From: Rhodobacterales bacterium 32-67-9
GTDB lineage: Bacteria > Pseudomonadota > Alphaproteobacteria > Rhodobacterales > Rhodobacteraceae
Assembly (NCBI GenBank): GCA_002280515.1
Contig: NCEA01000012.1
Coordinates: forward strand, 20,392-84,391
Reading direction: 5' to 3'
DNA: 64,000 nucleotides
Below the pieces are notes generated by a model, which worked only from the letters and a program-made list of their open reading frames with translations, made no database searches and was not told where the DNA came from. Both the position numbers and the translations under genes were made by a program. Position 1 is the first letter of the stretch. Every line of letters begins with the position of its first letter. Positions 18,901 to 28,704 of the stretch are shown piece by piece.

Positions 18901-20441
18901 CGCCGCACCACGATATTTACAGTATCGAGGACCTCGCGCAGCTGATCTACGACCTGAAGCAGATCAACCCGCGCGCCAAGGTGACGGTGAAGCTGGTGGC
19001 GTCGTCCGGTGTCGGCACCATCGCGGCGGGGGTTGCGAAGGCCAAGGCCGACGTGATCCTGATTTCCGGCCACAACGGCGGCACCGGGGCGTCGCCCGCG
19101 ACCAGCATCAAATATGCCGGCCTGCCGTGGGAAATGGGCCTGACCGAGGCGCATCAGGTCTTGGCGATGAACAAGCTCCGCGACCGGATCACGCTCAGGA
19201 CCGACGGCGGCCTGCGCACCGGGCGCGACATCGTCATCGCGGCGATGATGGGGGCCGAGGAATACGGCATCGGCACCGCCGCGCTGATCGCCATGGGCTG
19301 CATCATGGTGCGTCAGTGCCAATCGAACACCTGCCCGGTCGGCGTCTGCACGCAGAACGAGGAGCTTCGCAAGAAGTTCACCGGCTCGGCCGACAAGGTG
19401 GTCAACCTGATCACCTTCTACGCGCAGGAAGTGCGGGAGATCCTGAGCCAGATCGGCGCCCGCTCGCTGGACGAGATCATCGGCCGCGCCGATCTTCTCA
19501 GCCAGGTGAGCCGGGGTTCGGCGCATCTCGACGATCTCGACCTCAATCCGCTCCTGATCACCGTCGATGGCGCGAACCGGATTGTCTACGACCGCTCGAA
19601 ACCGCGCAACGTGGTGCCGGATACGCTTGATGCGGAGATCATTCGCGACGGCGCGCGGTTCTTCGAGGACGGCGAGAAGATGCAACTGTCCTACGCGGTG
19701 CGGAACACCCACCGGACCATCGGGACGCGGGCTTCGTCGCTGATCGTGAAGAACTTCGGGATGCGCAATGCGCTGCAACCCGATCACCTGACGGTCAAGC
19801 TGACCGGTTCCTGCGGCCAGTCGCTCGGCGCCTTCGCGGCGCCGGGGCTGAAGCTCGAAGTGTCGGGGGATGCCAATGATTATGTCGGCAAGGGCCTCTC
19901 TGGTGGAACGATCGTCGTCCGCCCGCCGATGGTGTCGCCGCTGAATGCCTCGGAGAACACGATCATCGGCAACACAGTGCTATACGGTGCGACCGACGGG
20001 TATCTCTTCGCCGCCGGGCGCGCCGGCGAGCGGTTCGCGGTCAGGAATTCAGGCGCCAAGGTGGTGATCGAGGGCTGCGGTTCGAACGGTTGCGAATACA
20101 TGACCGGCGGCGTCGCGGTGATCCTCGGCCGGATCGGTGCCAATTTTGGCGCCGGCATGACCGGCGGCATGGCCTATGTCTACGATCCTGACGGGACCGC
20201 AGAAGAACTGATGAACGTCGAGACGCTCGTCACCTGCGCGGTCACCCATCCGCATTGGGAAGCCGAGTTGAAAGCGCTGGTCCAGCGCCACGCGGACGAG
20301 ACCGGTAGCCTGAAGGCAAAGGGTATCCTCCAGCACTGGGCGGCGGAGCGGGCGAATTTCCTGCAAGTCTGCCCGAAAGAAATGTTGGTCCATCTCGCCC
20401 ATCCGCTCAGCGCGGATTCCGAGGCGGTGCCGGCCGAGTAA
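15906..20441 (+). CDS. gltB: Glutamate synthase (NADPH) large subunit
   Basis: MTNIDANW...EHASCGVGLVV carries the amidotransferase catalytic Cys. The FMN/3Fe-4S central domain and a C-terminal GXGXG beta-helix region are present. About 1511 aa from ATG 15906. Confidence 0.95.
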   Translation: MTNIDANWVQAEEDKRQWMAENSLYRAEDEHASCGVGLVVSINGKASRKVVEHGIDALKAVWHRGAVDADGKTGDGAGIHVQIPVPFFYDQIRRTGHEPDMKALIAVGQVFLPRTDFGAQETCRTIVETEVLRAGYYIYGWRHVPVNTEVLGEKANATRPEIEQILIKNSKGVDEETFERELYVIRRRIEKAATAAGIAGMYLCTLSCRSIIYKGMMLAEQVAEFYPDLKDERFESAFAIYHQRYSTNTFPQWWLAQPFRTLAHNGEINTLKGNLNWMKSHEIRMASATFGEQAGDIKPIVAQGSSDSAALDAVFEVLVRAGRSAPMAKTMLVPEAWSKSAVEMPQAWQDMYAYCNAVMEPWDGPAALAMTDGRWVCGGLDRNGLRPLRYVVTGDGLLIAGSEAGMVPVDEAVVREKGALGPGQMIAVDMKDGKLYHDAEMKNRLAGAQPYADWLAKVTDLNAIMRDVPEQALFDGAELRKRQIAAGYTLEELEQVLAPMAEDGKEMIASMGDDTPAAVLSKQYRPLSHFFRQNFSQVTNPPIDSLRESRVMSLKTRFGNLKNVLDENSSQTEILVLESPFIANAEFDEMVRQFDGSVAMIDCTFPVGETEALRLGLERIRAEAEDAVRSGAGHIVLTDQHQGPAKAPMPMILATSAVHSWLTRKGLRTFCSLNIRAAECIDPHYFAVLIGCGATTVNAYLAQDSIADRIRRGLIEGTLIDAMRRYRDAIDAGLLKIMSKMGISVISSYRGGLNFEAVGLSRAMVAEYFPGMHSRISGIGVSGIQHKLEEIHAKGWKGGTDVLPIGGFYKARRSGEKHAWEAQTMHLLQSACDRASYDLWKRYSAAMRANPPIHIRDLLDIKPLGKAVPIEEVESITSIRKRFVTPGMSLGALSPEAHKTLNIAMNRIGAKSDSGEGGEDPAHFLPEPNGDNPSAKIKQVASGRFGVTAEYLNACEELEIKVAQGAKPGEGGQLPGMKVTKLIARLRHSTPGVTLISPPPHHDIYSIEDLAQLIYDLKQINPRAKVTVKLVASSGVGTIAAGVAKAKADVILISGHNGGTGASPATSIKYAGLPWEMGLTEAHQVLAMNKLRDRITLRTDGGLRTGRDIVIAAMMGAEEYGIGTAALIAMGCIMVRQCQSNTCPVGVCTQNEELRKKFTGSADKVVNLITFYAQEVREILSQIGARSLDEIIGRADLLSQVSRGSAHLDDLDLNPLLITVDGANRIVYDRSKPRNVVPDTLDAEIIRDGARFFEDGEKMQLSYAVRNTHRTIGTRASSLIVKNFGMRNALQPDHLTVKLTGSCGQSLGAFAAPGLKLEVSGDANDYVGKGLSGGTIVVRPPMVSPLNASENTIIGNTVLYGATDGYLFAAGRAGERFAVRNSGAKVVIEGCGSNGCEYMTGGVAVILGRIGANFGAGMTGGMAYVYDPDGTAEELMNVETLVTCAVTHPHWEAELKALVQRHADETGSLKAKGILQHWAAERANFLQVCPKEMLVHLAHPLSADSEAVPAE

Positions 20442-20653
20442 CGGCGCCGACCAGCCGCGAGGAAGGAACCTGAGGTGCGACGGGGCCGGGCGTCAGTCCG
20501 GCCCTGCGGCGTTCAGGCGAGTCGAATTTCCCACATCCGCCGGATTTATCGGATTGGGGCACGATATCACCTTAACTTTGTATTAACTATTATCGGAAAG
20601 AGGCATCGAATCACCGCTCGAGTGATCAAATCGAACACAGGAGGCAGGCAACA

Positions 20654-21595
20654 ATGTCGAATTACACTTTGACCGTGCAGGACGTGCTTGGTGATCCGTT
20701 CGTGAGCGGCGGGAACATCAATATCATCAACAACTCTTTCACGACGTTGATATTTCACGACAAAGATAACCAGATCGCCGATCCTATCGCAGAAGAATTC
20801 GTATCCCTCGACGGCGGTGTGACCTGGCTGAGCTATGATTTCCTCGGCAGCGGCGCGGTTCGCGGTAATTCGCTGAAAATGGGTGCGTTCATCCGTATCG
20901 ACAACGGCGATGGCACGTTCCAGACGGTCGCGATCGATCTGAACGCAGATGGCGACAGCGTGCCGAACCTGCAGAACGGCAATACCGGCCTGACCGTCAC
21001 TACTCTCGACCCCACCACCCCAGTGACTTGGCCGGTTCCGGCCTGCTTCGTGGCCGGAACCCTGATCACCGTTCCGGGCGGCCAGCGATCCGTCGAAGAC
21101 ATCGCGGTCGGCGATCTGGTCGAGACTCTGGACCGTGGCGCGCAGGCGGTGCGCTGGGTCGGGAGGCGGAAAGTCCCCGGTGCCGGCCGGTTTGCGCCGA
21201 TCCGGTTCGAAGCCGGCGTGCTGGGAAATGCGCGGCCGCTCCTGGTGTCGCCGGAACACCGGATGCTGTGGAGCGGATGGCAGACGGAATTGCACTTCGG
21301 CGAGGGCGAGGTCCTGGTCGCGGCGAAGCATTTTCTCGGGATGGCGGGCGTAACGCGCTGCCCGACGGTCTGGGTCGACTATGTCCACCTGCTCTTCGAC
21401 CGACACGAGGTGATCCTGTCGGAAGGTGTGCCAAGCGAGAGTTTCCACCCGGCGAGCCAACTTCTCGACCGCGACCAGGCGATGCGGGAGGAGATCGAGG
21501 CGATCTTTCCGGAGGTCGAAGATCTGCGGCAGGAACCGCGCAGCGCCGCCCGGCCTGTGCTTTCGGCCCGCGAGGCGCGGCTGATCGCGGCCTGA
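20654..21595 (+). CDS. Hint (Hedgehog/intein-like, Hint_2-type) domain protein with a unique ~130-aa N-terminal module
   Basis: AGGAGG (20639-20644) lies 9 nt before the ATG. The C-terminal part reads PACFVAGTLITVPGGQRSVEDIAVGDLVETLDRGAQAVRWVG...VHLLFDRHEVILSEGVPSESF, a Hint fold with the nucleophile Cys131 (21044-21046). There is no signal peptide. Confidence 0.8.
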   Translation: MSNYTLTVQDVLGDPFVSGGNINIINNSFTTLIFHDKDNQIADPIAEEFVSLDGGVTWLSYDFLGSGAVRGNSLKMGAFIRIDNGDGTFQTVAIDLNADGDSVPNLQNGNTGLTVTTLDPTTPVTWPVPACFVAGTLITVPGGQRSVEDIAVGDLVETLDRGAQAVRWVGRRKVPGAGRFAPIRFEAGVLGNARPLLVSPEHRMLWSGWQTELHFGEGEVLVAAKHFLGMAGVTRCPTVWVDYVHLLFDRHEVILSEGVPSESFHPASQLLDRDQAMREEIEAIFPEVEDLRQEPRSAARPVLSAREARLIAA

Positions 21596-21648
21596 ACCGG
21601 CGGCGAAGAGCTTGACCCCGGGGCGCCGGGCGTGGTTCATCTCGCGCG

Positions 21649-22383
21649 ATGGCGAAGAGCAGAAAACCCGCAGCGAGGACGCGACGCAAGACCGCGAAAA
21701 AGCGCGAAGGATTCACCCTTCGCGACATTCTTCGCTGGTCCGGGCGGGGCCTTGGCGTCGTTGTCGGCCTGTGGCTGTTCTTCCTTCTCATCTTCACCGT
21801 CGTGAACCCGTTCCTGACACCCTACATGATCGCCGAAAGTTGGCGGCAGGGCGGGATAAAGCGCGACTGGGTGGCGCTTGAGGACATGGCGCCCGAAATG
21901 GCCCGCTCGGTGGTCGCGGCGGAGGATGCGAATTTCTGCCTGCACTGGGGCTTCGACATGCACGCGATCCGCGCCGCCCTCGACGAGGGCGCCGGGCGGG
22001 GCGCCTCGACGCTGAGCCAACAGGTGGTGAAGAACGTTTTCCTCTGGCAGGGGCGAAGCTGGCCGAGGAAAGCGCTGGAGGCGCTGATGACGCCTGTGTT
22101 GGAACTTTTCTGGTCGAAGCGGCGGATTGTCGAGGTTTATCTGAACGTGGCGGAGACGGGAAAGGGCATCTTCGGCGTCGGGGCGGCGGCCGAGAGCTAT
22201 TTCGGCACCTCGGCAGCCGATCTAAGTCCAGCCCAGGCGGCACTGATCGCCTCCGCACTGCCCGATCCGAAAGGCCGCAACCCGGCGCGGCCGTCGGGAT
22301 TCCTGCGCAAACGCGCGGCCGAGATCGCCGAAGGCGCGGCGACGATCCGCGCTGATGGCCGTTCGGCCTGTTTCGAGGATTGA
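21649..22383 (+). CDS. mtgA: Monofunctional biosynthetic peptidoglycan transglycosylase
   Basis: A basic N-terminus and a TM segment are followed by VAAEDANFCLHWGFD and GASTLSQQVVKN, the GT51 motifs. Confidence 0.9.
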   Translation: MAKSRKPAARTRRKTAKKREGFTLRDILRWSGRGLGVVVGLWLFFLLIFTVVNPFLTPYMIAESWRQGGIKRDWVALEDMAPEMARSVVAAEDANFCLHWGFDMHAIRAALDEGAGRGASTLSQQVVKNVFLWQGRSWPRKALEALMTPVLELFWSKRRIVEVYLNVAETGKGIFGVGAAAESYFGTSAADLSPAQAALIASALPDPKGRNPARPSGFLRKRAAEIAEGAATIRADGRSACFED

Positions 22384-22438
22384 ACCGCAGGGCCGGCGCG
22401 GCTATCAGGGTGGGCAATCCCTCCTGAAGCGATTGCCC

Positions 22439-23104
22439 ATGACCCGTCTGTACCACGTTCCGCTCTCGCCCTTCTGCCGCAAGGTCCGACTGACTCTGGC
22501 GGAAAAGAAGATCGAGGTGGAACTGGTCGAGGAACGCTACTGGGAACAAGGCCCGGAATTCCTGCGCCGGAACCCCGCAGGCAAGATCCCGGTCCTGCGG
22601 CTGAACGGCAAGGTGATGACCGAAAGCCAGGCGATCTGCGAATACCTCGACGAGACGGTGCCGGAACCGAGACTGATGCCGCGGGACGCCGAGGGCCGGT
22701 TCGAGGTGCGCCGGCTCTGCGCCTGGTTCGACGACAAGTTTCACGACGAGGTGACCTCGAAGCTGCTTTACGAGCGCGTGAACAAGAAGATCACTGGCCA
22801 GGGCTATCCGGATTCAAAGAACGTTAAGTTCGGGGCGAACCGGATCAAGTATCACCTCGACTATCTCAGCTGGCTTCTGGATCAGCGCCGCTGGCTGGCG
22901 GGCGCAGAGATGACGCTCGCCGATTTCGCCGCCGCCGCGCATCTGTCATGTCTCGATTATATCTCGGACGTGGACTGGAACCGCAGCCAGAACGTCAAGG
23001 ACTGGTACGCGAAGATCAAGTCCCGTCCGTCGTTCCGGTCGCTGCTGGCCGATCAGGTGTCGGGCTTTCCGCCGCCGGCGCATTACGCGGACCTGGATTT
23101 CTGA
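22439..23104 (+). CDS. Glutathione S-transferase family protein
   Basis: [31 protein letters not shown]...NPAGKIPVL is a thioredoxin-like GST N-domain. I place the start at ATG 22439, internal to the track ORF. Confidence 0.85.
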   Translation: MTRLYHVPLSPFCRKVRLTLAEKKIEVELVEERYWEQGPEFLRRNPAGKIPVLRLNGKVMTESQAICEYLDETVPEPRLMPRDAEGRFEVRRLCAWFDDKFHDEVTSKLLYERVNKKITGQGYPDSKNVKFGANRIKYHLDYLSWLLDQRRWLAGAEMTLADFAAAAHLSCLDYISDVDWNRSQNVKDWYAKIKSRPSFRSLLADQVSGFPPPAHYADLDF

Positions 23105-23169
23105 GGCCGAGGCCTGGGGCGCTGCCCCCGGAACCCCGGGATATTTTCCCCAAGTGGAAGGCAGCAGGA

Positions 23170-24324
23170 TTGGATCGTCTGGCATTCGGCAATCGTCTGA
23201 AAGAGCAGGCGCTGGCGGAGGGATTTTCGGCGGTGGGGTCCTGCGCGCCCTCGGCGATCCCCGAGGCGGCCGGCAGGCTCGCGGCCTTCGTTGCGGCGGG
23301 GCGGCACGGGCAGATGGGGTGGATGGCGGAAAGGATGGGCTGGCGCGGCGATCCGGCGGCCCTTTGGCCCGAGGCGCGGACGGTGATCATGCTGGCCGAG
23401 GTCTATACGCCGGAGGCCGACCCGCTTGCCGTCCTTGGGCGGCGCGACCGGGCGGCGGTGTCGGTCTATGCGCAAGGCAAGGACTATCACGACCTTGCCA
23501 AGAAGCGGCTGAAGCGGGTCGGGCGGTGGCTGATTGACGAGGCAAGAAAGGGCTCTGTTTCAGCGGAAATAAAGGTTTTCGTCGATACCGCGCCGGTGAT
23601 GGAGAAGCCGCTCGGTCAGGCGGCGGGGATTGGCTGGCAGGGCAAGCATACCAACCTTGTCAGCCGCGATCTGGGAAGCTGGTTCTTCCTGGGCGCGATC
23701 TTCACCACGCTCGACCTGCCGAAGGACGCGGGCGAGGCCGATCATTGCGGGTCGTGCCGGGCCTGTCTCGACATCTGCCCGACCGGGGCTTTTCCGGCGC
23801 CCTATCAGCTCGATGCGCGGCGCTGCATTTCCTATCTGACGATCGAGCACCGGGGGCCGGTCGCGGAGGAACTGCGGGCGCTGATGGGCAACCGCGTCTA
23901 TGGCTGCGACGATTGCCTGGCGGTCTGCCCGTGGAACAAGTTCGCGGTCGAGGCGCGCGAGCTTGGCTATGCCGCGCGGGTGGGGGCGCCGGCACTGGCG
24001 GATCTGGCGGTGCTCGACGACGCGGCGTTCCGGGCGCGGTTCTCGGGCAGCCCGATCAAGCGGATCGGGCGCGACCGGATGGTGCGGAACGTCCTCTACG
24101 CGATCGGGAATTCCGGCGATCCCGCGCTTTTGCCGGTGGCCGCCGGCCTTGTCGCGGATCCCGATCCGGCGGTGGCCGATGCCGCGCGCTGGGCGGTCGG
24201 CCGGCTGGCGGAAAAATGCGCCAATTCACCCTGCGACGCCAAGGGGGCTGGCCATGAGGCCGATTCGGCCGCATCCTGTGGTTGTTCCAAACCGGAGCAG
24301 ACGAGACCAGGGAGGCAAGAATGA
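23170..24324 (+). CDS. queG: Epoxyqueuosine reductase
   Basis: [42 protein letters not shown] and [15 protein letters not shown] are the QueG 4Fe-4S motifs, with HEAT-like C-terminal repeats. The start is uncertain: there is no in-frame ATG after the GST stop, so I use TTG 23170. Confidence 0.8.
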   Translation: MDRLAFGNRLKEQALAEGFSAVGSCAPSAIPEAAGRLAAFVAAGRHGQMGWMAERMGWRGDPAALWPEARTVIMLAEVYTPEADPLAVLGRRDRAAVSVYAQGKDYHDLAKKRLKRVGRWLIDEARKGSVSAEIKVFVDTAPVMEKPLGQAAGIGWQGKHTNLVSRDLGSWFFLGAIFTTLDLPKDAGEADHCGSCRACLDICPTGAFPAPYQLDARRCISYLTIEHRGPVAEELRALMGNRVYGCDDCLAVCPWNKFAVEARELGYAARVGAPALADLAVLDDAAFRARFSGSPIKRIGRDRMVRNVLYAIGNSGDPALLPVAAGLVADPDPAVADAARWAVGRLAEKCANSPCDAKGAGHEADSAASCGCSKPEQTRPGRQE

Positions 24325-24515
24325 GCCGGCATGTCGCTGACCGTCAAACAACGTCCGATGGGGGCCGTCTTAAGCATTTCGTCGAAGTCGAGAAGACCCA
24401 CGGCGAAGCGGGCAGCCATCCCGCCACGAAGGCGGTGCATGAACGTCCGGTGAAGCGCGACGATGGCGCGCGGCTGCGCCAGTTCGCAAGGATCGAGCGG
24501 GGACACACCGCCTGA
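24321..24515 (+). CDS. Candidate small ORF (64 aa), translationally coupled to queG; unknown function
   Basis: GGGAGG (24309-24314) lies 6 nt before ATG 24321, which overlaps the queG stop (ATGA). The sequence is [64 protein letters not shown]. Third-position G+C is only about 72% by my count, lower than I would expect for real genes in DNA this G+C-rich (neighbouring genes not counted), so coding status is unsure. Confidence 0.3.
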   Translation: MSRHVADRQTTSDGGRLKHFVEVEKTHGEAGSHPATKAVHERPVKRDDGARLRQFARIERGHTA

Positions 24516-24531
24516 GGCGGCGCCCGGCCGC

Positions 24532-26451
24532 TCAGGCCCGTTTTTCGCCGATCCGCGCGACGCCGAGCGTGTCGAGAACCTTTGCCTCGATCTCGGTCGC
24601 GTTCATGCCGGCTGTGGCATACATGTCCTCGGGGCTCGACTGGTCGATGAAGGTGTCGGGCAGGACCATCGAGCGGAACTTGAATCCGCGGTCGAAGATA
24701 CCCTCTTCGGCCAGAAGCTGAGCGACATGGGAGCCGAAGCCGCCGATGGCACCTTCCTCGATGGTGATGAGCGCCTCGTGATCCGACACGAGTTGCAGGA
24801 TCAGGTCGCGGTCCAGGGGCTTGGCAAAGCGCGCGTCGGCGACCGTTGGCGCGAGGCCGCGCTGGCTGAGGTTCTCTCGGGCCTTCAGGACTTCGGAGAG
24901 CCGCGTGCCGAACGAGAGGATAGCGACGCGGCCGCCGGTCGCGATGATGCGGCCCTTGCCGATCTCGAGCGGCGCCCCGCGTTCCGGCATCTCGACGCCC
25001 ACGCCCTCGCCGCGCGGGTAGCGGAAGGCCGAGGGCCGGTCGTCGATGGCGGCCGCCGTGGCGACCATGTGCATCAGTTCCGCCTCGTCCGCCGCCGCCA
25101 TCACCACCATGTCGGGCAGGTTCGCAAGGAAGGCGATGTCGAAGGCGCCGGCATGGGTTGCGCCATCGGCACCGACGAGACCGGCGCGGTCGATGGCGAA
25201 GCGTACCGGAAGCCGCTGGATCGCGACATCGTGGACGACCTGGTCGTAGCCGCGCTGGAGGAAGGTCGAATAGAGCGCGCAGAAGGGCTTGAGACCCGCC
25301 GCCGCCAGCCCGGCCGAGAAGGTTACCGCGTGCTGTTCGGCGATGCCGACGTCGAAACAGCGGCGCGGGAAGCGTTCGGCGAAGAGGTTGAGCCCGGTGC
25401 CGTCGGGCATCGCGGCGGTGATGGCGACGATCCTGTCGTCGGCCTCTGCTTCGCGGATCAGGCTTTGCGCAAAGACCTTGGTGTAGGACGGCGCGTTCGA
25501 CGGTGTCTTTTTCTGCTCACCGGTCACGACGTCGAACTTGCCCGTCGCGTGGCCCTTGTCGGCAGCGCGCTCGGCCGGCGCGTAGCCCTTGCCCTTCCTG
25601 GTGAGGACGTGGATCAGCATCGGCCCGGTGGCGCGGTCATGCGCGGTGCGCAGTACCGGCAGAAGCTGGTCGAGGTCGTGGCCGTCGATCGGGCCGACAT
25701 AAGTGAAACCCAGTTCCTCGAAGAGCGTGCCGCCGATGGTCATGCCCTTCAGGAGTTCCTTGGCCCGCCGCGCGCCTTCCTGGAAAGGCTCGGGCAGCAG
25801 GCTGACCGCGCCCTTGGCGGCGGCCTTGAACTCCTGGAACGGTGCGCCGGCGTAAAGCCGCGAGAGATAGGCCGACATCGCGCCGACCGGGGGGGCAATC
25901 GACATCTCGTTGTCGTTGAGGACGACGAAGAGCCGCTTTTTCAGGTGGCCCGCATTGTTCATCGCCTCATAGGCCATGCCGGCGGACATTGCGCCGTCGC
26001 CGATCACCGCCACGGCGTCGCCCGCATCGCCGCCAAGGTCGCGGGCGGTGGCGAAGCCAAGCGCGGCAGAGATCGAGGTGGAGCTATGGGCCGCGCCGAA
26101 GGGATCGTAGGGGCTTTCCGAGCGTTTGGTGAAGCCGGAAAGGCCACCCTTCATCCGCAAGGTGCGGATCCGGTCGCGCCGCCCGGTCAGGATTTTGTGC
26201 GGATAGCACTGGTGGCCGACATCCCAGATGATCTTGTCGCGCGGCGCATCGAAGACGGCGTGAAGCGCGACGGTAAGTTCGACCACGCCGAGACCGGCGC
26301 CGAGATGGCCACCTGTGACCGACACGGCACTGATGGTCTCGGCCCGGACCTCGTCCGCCAGAAGACGCAATTCGCGGTCCGTCATGCCCTTGAGGTCGGC
26401 GGGCAGGGTCACGCGGTCCAGCGTCGGGGTCTTCGGTCTGTCGCTCATCAC
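24532..26451 (-). CDS. dxs: 1-deoxy-D-xylulose-5-phosphate synthase
   Basis: [37 protein letters not shown] and [13 protein letters not shown] are the TPP-binding motifs. 639 aa. Confidence 0.95.
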   Translation of the reverse strand: MMSDRPKTPTLDRVTLPADLKGMTDRELRLLADEVRAETISAVSVTGGHLGAGLGVVELTVALHAVFDAPRDKIIWDVGHQCYPHKILTGRRDRIRTLRMKGGLSGFTKRSESPYDPFGAAHSSTSISAALGFATARDLGGDAGDAVAVIGDGAMSAGMAYEAMNNAGHLKKRLFVVLNDNEMSIAPPVGAMSAYLSRLYAGAPFQEFKAAAKGAVSLLPEPFQEGARRAKELLKGMTIGGTLFEELGFTYVGPIDGHDLDQLLPVLRTAHDRATGPMLIHVLTRKGKGYAPAERAADKGHATGKFDVVTGEQKKTPSNAPSYTKVFAQSLIREAEADDRIVAITAAMPDGTGLNLFAERFPRRCFDVGIAEQHAVTFSAGLAAAGLKPFCALYSTFLQRGYDQVVHDVAIQRLPVRFAIDRAGLVGADGATHAGAFDIAFLANLPDMVVMAAADEAELMHMVATAAAIDDRPSAFRYPRGEGVGVEMPERGAPLEIGKGRIIATGGRVAILSFGTRLSEVLKARENLSQRGLAPTVADARFAKPLDRDLILQLVSDHEALITIEEGAIGGFGSHVAQLLAEEGIFDRGFKFRSMVLPDTFIDQSSPEDMYATAGMNATEIEAKVLDTLGVARIGEKRA

Positions 26452-26570
26452 CGGCTTTCGGAACGGGGTCTGAGATTGCCCCTGGCGTTCTGCGGTTGTC
26501 GTGATCGCAAGTCGCGCGGGATCGCGGACGAATTGCGATGTGGCTGTCGTCGCGCAAGACGCAAAACGCC

Positions 26571-27437
26571 TTACATCTCACGCGCAATAACGAAACGTGC
26601 GACGTCTCTCAAGTGTTCCGCCGCCGCACCATAGGGCAAAAGCGCCGCTTCGGCTTCGGCGACGAGGTCGCGGGCGCGGGCTTTGGCGGCGGAAAGGCCG
26701 AGGAGCGAGACGAAGGTGGCCTTGCCCGCCGCGTGATCCTTGCCAAGTTTCTTGCCGGCCTTCTCGGGATCGCCCTCAACGTCGAGGATGTCGTCGGCGA
26801 TCTGGAAGGCAAGGCCGAGGGCACGTGCATAACGGGCAAGCGGGCCTGGGTCCGCATCCGCCAGTATCGCGCCGGAGGTCGCGGCGAAGGCGAAGAGCGC
26901 GCCGGTCTTGCCTGCCTGAAGCGCAGTGATCTCTTCGAGGGTCAGCGGCGTCGGAGCGGTTTCGGCGGCGATGTCGAGCGCCTGGCCCAGAACCATGCCC
27001 TCTGCACCCGAGGCGAGGCTGAGGGCGCGGACAAGGGCGATGCGTCTTTCGGCGGCGCCGAGCGCCGGGTCGGTCAAGAGTTCGAAGGCCAGCGTCTGAA
27101 GCGCGTCGCCGGCAAGGATCGCGGTCGCCTCGTCCCATTTGACATGGAGCGTCGGTTGGCCGCGCCGGAGGTCGTCATCATCCATCGCCGGCAGGTCGTC
27201 ATGGACGAGCGAATAGGCGTGCAGCGCCTCGACCGCCGCCGCCGCCGGCATCGCGGTTTCGGCGGCGATCCCGTGCAAGGCGGCACTTTCGAGGACGAGG
27301 AAGGCGCGCAATCGCTTTCCGCCCTTCAACGCGTAGCGCATGGCATGGACGACGGGCACTTCGGCCCGCACGGCAAGGGCCGCGTCGAGCGCCGCCTGCA
27401 CGCCGTCCTGCGCCGCTTTCAGGCGCCCGTGAAACAC
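26571..27437 (-). CDS. ispA: Polyprenyl (farnesyl/geranylgeranyl) diphosphate synthase
   Basis: [22 protein letters not shown] is the first DDxxD motif and FQIADDILD the second. I place the start at GTG 27437, 2 nt after the xseB stop. Confidence 0.9.
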   Translation of the reverse strand: MFHGRLKAAQDGVQAALDAALAVRAEVPVVHAMRYALKGGKRLRAFLVLESAALHGIAAETAMPAAAAVEALHAYSLVHDDLPAMDDDDLRRGQPTLHVKWDEATAILAGDALQTLAFELLTDPALGAAERRIALVRALSLASGAEGMVLGQALDIAAETAPTPLTLEEITALQAGKTGALFAFAATSGAILADADPGPLARYARALGLAFQIADDILDVEGDPEKAGKKLGKDHAAGKATFVSLLGLSAAKARARDLVAEAEAALLPYGAAAEHLRDVARFVIAREM

Positions 27438-27439
27438 TC

Positions 27440-27676
27440 CTAGAGACCTTCGACCGGAACCGTGCCGGTGGGCGCCCCGTCGGGGCCGAGGGTGATCTTG
27501 GCGACCTTCTCCTCGGCTTCCGTCAGCTTCTTTTCGCAATGCGCCTTCAGTGCCGCGCCGCGTTCGTAAAGCGCGATGGACTTGTCCAGCGCGACATTCC
27601 CGGATTCGAGATCGCGCACGACCTCTTCCAGCGCCTTCATGGCGTCCTCGAATGTCATCTTGGCAATTTCGCTCAT
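27440..27676 (-). CDS. xseB: Exodeoxyribonuclease VII small subunit
   Basis: FEDAMKALEEVVRDLESGNVALDKSIALYERGAALKAHCEKKL is the canonical XseB pattern. 78 aa. Confidence 0.9.
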   Translation of the reverse strand: MSEIAKMTFEDAMKALEEVVRDLESGNVALDKSIALYERGAALKAHCEKKLTEAEEKVAKITLGPDGAPTGTVPVEGL

Positions 27677-28596
27677 TCGCCCCGCTCCATCAGCACCCTC
27701 ACATGCGTGGCGACCGAAGCCGACAGCGCGTCGAGATCATAACCACCTTCGAGGGCAGAGACCACCCGGCCGCCGCAACAGTCGTCCGCGAGGTCGCAGA
27801 TCGCGTGGGTGATCCAGCCATAGTCGGCTTCGGTCCAGTTGAGGTTGGCGAGGGGATCGTCGCGGTGGGCGTCGAAGCCGGCGGAAACGAGGATCAGGTC
27901 TGGCCGGAACACGGCGACACGGGCCAGCGCCGCTTCCCAGGCCGCGCGCATCTCGGTCCCGCCCGATCCCGGGGGCAAAGGCAGGTTGATCACCTGGCCA
28001 TGCGCGCCGACCTCGTCCGCGGCGCCGGTGCCGGGCCAGAGCGGCATCTGCTGCGAGGAGACGAACGTTGCACGCGCCTCGTCCCAGAGAAGATCCTGCG
28101 TGCCGTTGCCGTGATGAACGTCGAAATCGAGGACCGCGACACGCGAAAGCCCGTGATGATCGAGCGCGTATTTCGCCGCGATGGCGACGGTGCCGAACAG
28201 GCAGAACCCCATCGACCGGGCGCGTTCGGCATGGTGGCCGGGTGGGCGCATTGTGACGAAGGCATTCTTCGCCTCGCCGGAGAGAATCGCATCGACGGCA
28301 GCCTCGACCCCGCCGATGGCGCGCAGCGCCGCCTCCCACGAGCCGGGCGACATGAAGGTGTCGGGATCAAGCTGCTCCCACCCGGCTTCAGGCCGTGCCC
28401 GGCTGATCGCGGCGAGATAGGCGGCACTGTGGCCGCGCAGTACCTCGGCCTCGTCGGCCAGAGGCGCGGTCCGCCGGTCGAGATCGGCGTGGCGAAGGGC
28501 AGCATAGATCGCCTCCAGCCGGTCCACCCGTTCGGGATGGCCGGAAGGGGTGACATGTTGCAGCGCGGCGGGATGTGTGAGGAAAAGCGTTGTCAT
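27673..28596 (-). CDS. Histone deacetylase / acetoin-utilisation (HDAC) family protein
   Basis: MTTLFLTHPAALQHVTPSGHPERVDRL, RPPGHHAE, VLDFDVHHGNGTQ and SAGFDAH are zinc-deacetylase motifs. The stop overlaps the xseB start (27673-27676). Confidence 0.9.
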   Translation of the reverse strand: MTTLFLTHPAALQHVTPSGHPERVDRLEAIYAALRHADLDRRTAPLADEAEVLRGHSAAYLAAISRARPEAGWEQLDPDTFMSPGSWEAALRAIGGVEAAVDAILSGEAKNAFVTMRPPGHHAERARSMGFCLFGTVAIAAKYALDHHGLSRVAVLDFDVHHGNGTQDLLWDEARATFVSSQQMPLWPGTGAADEVGAHGQVINLPLPPGSGGTEMRAAWEAALARVAVFRPDLILVSAGFDAHRDDPLANLNWTEADYGWITHAICDLADDCCGGRVVSALEGGYDLDALSASVATHVRVLMERGE

Positions 28597-28704
28597 TGCA
28601 TGAACCTGAGCCGGATTGCCGGCAATGACAAGGCCACGGATATCGCAGCCGTCCGCGCCGGATGTTCCGGCCGGCACAGGATGCCGCAGAACCGCTTTGC
28701 CGGC

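Noticed and set aside
24096-24506. A 136-aa minus-strand ORF in the queG-dxs gap.
   Set aside because: It would overlap 228 nt of the queG coding sequence antisense, has a GTG start without an SD, and shows no better codon bias than the plus-strand candidate. I kept only the plus-strand small ORF, at low confidence.
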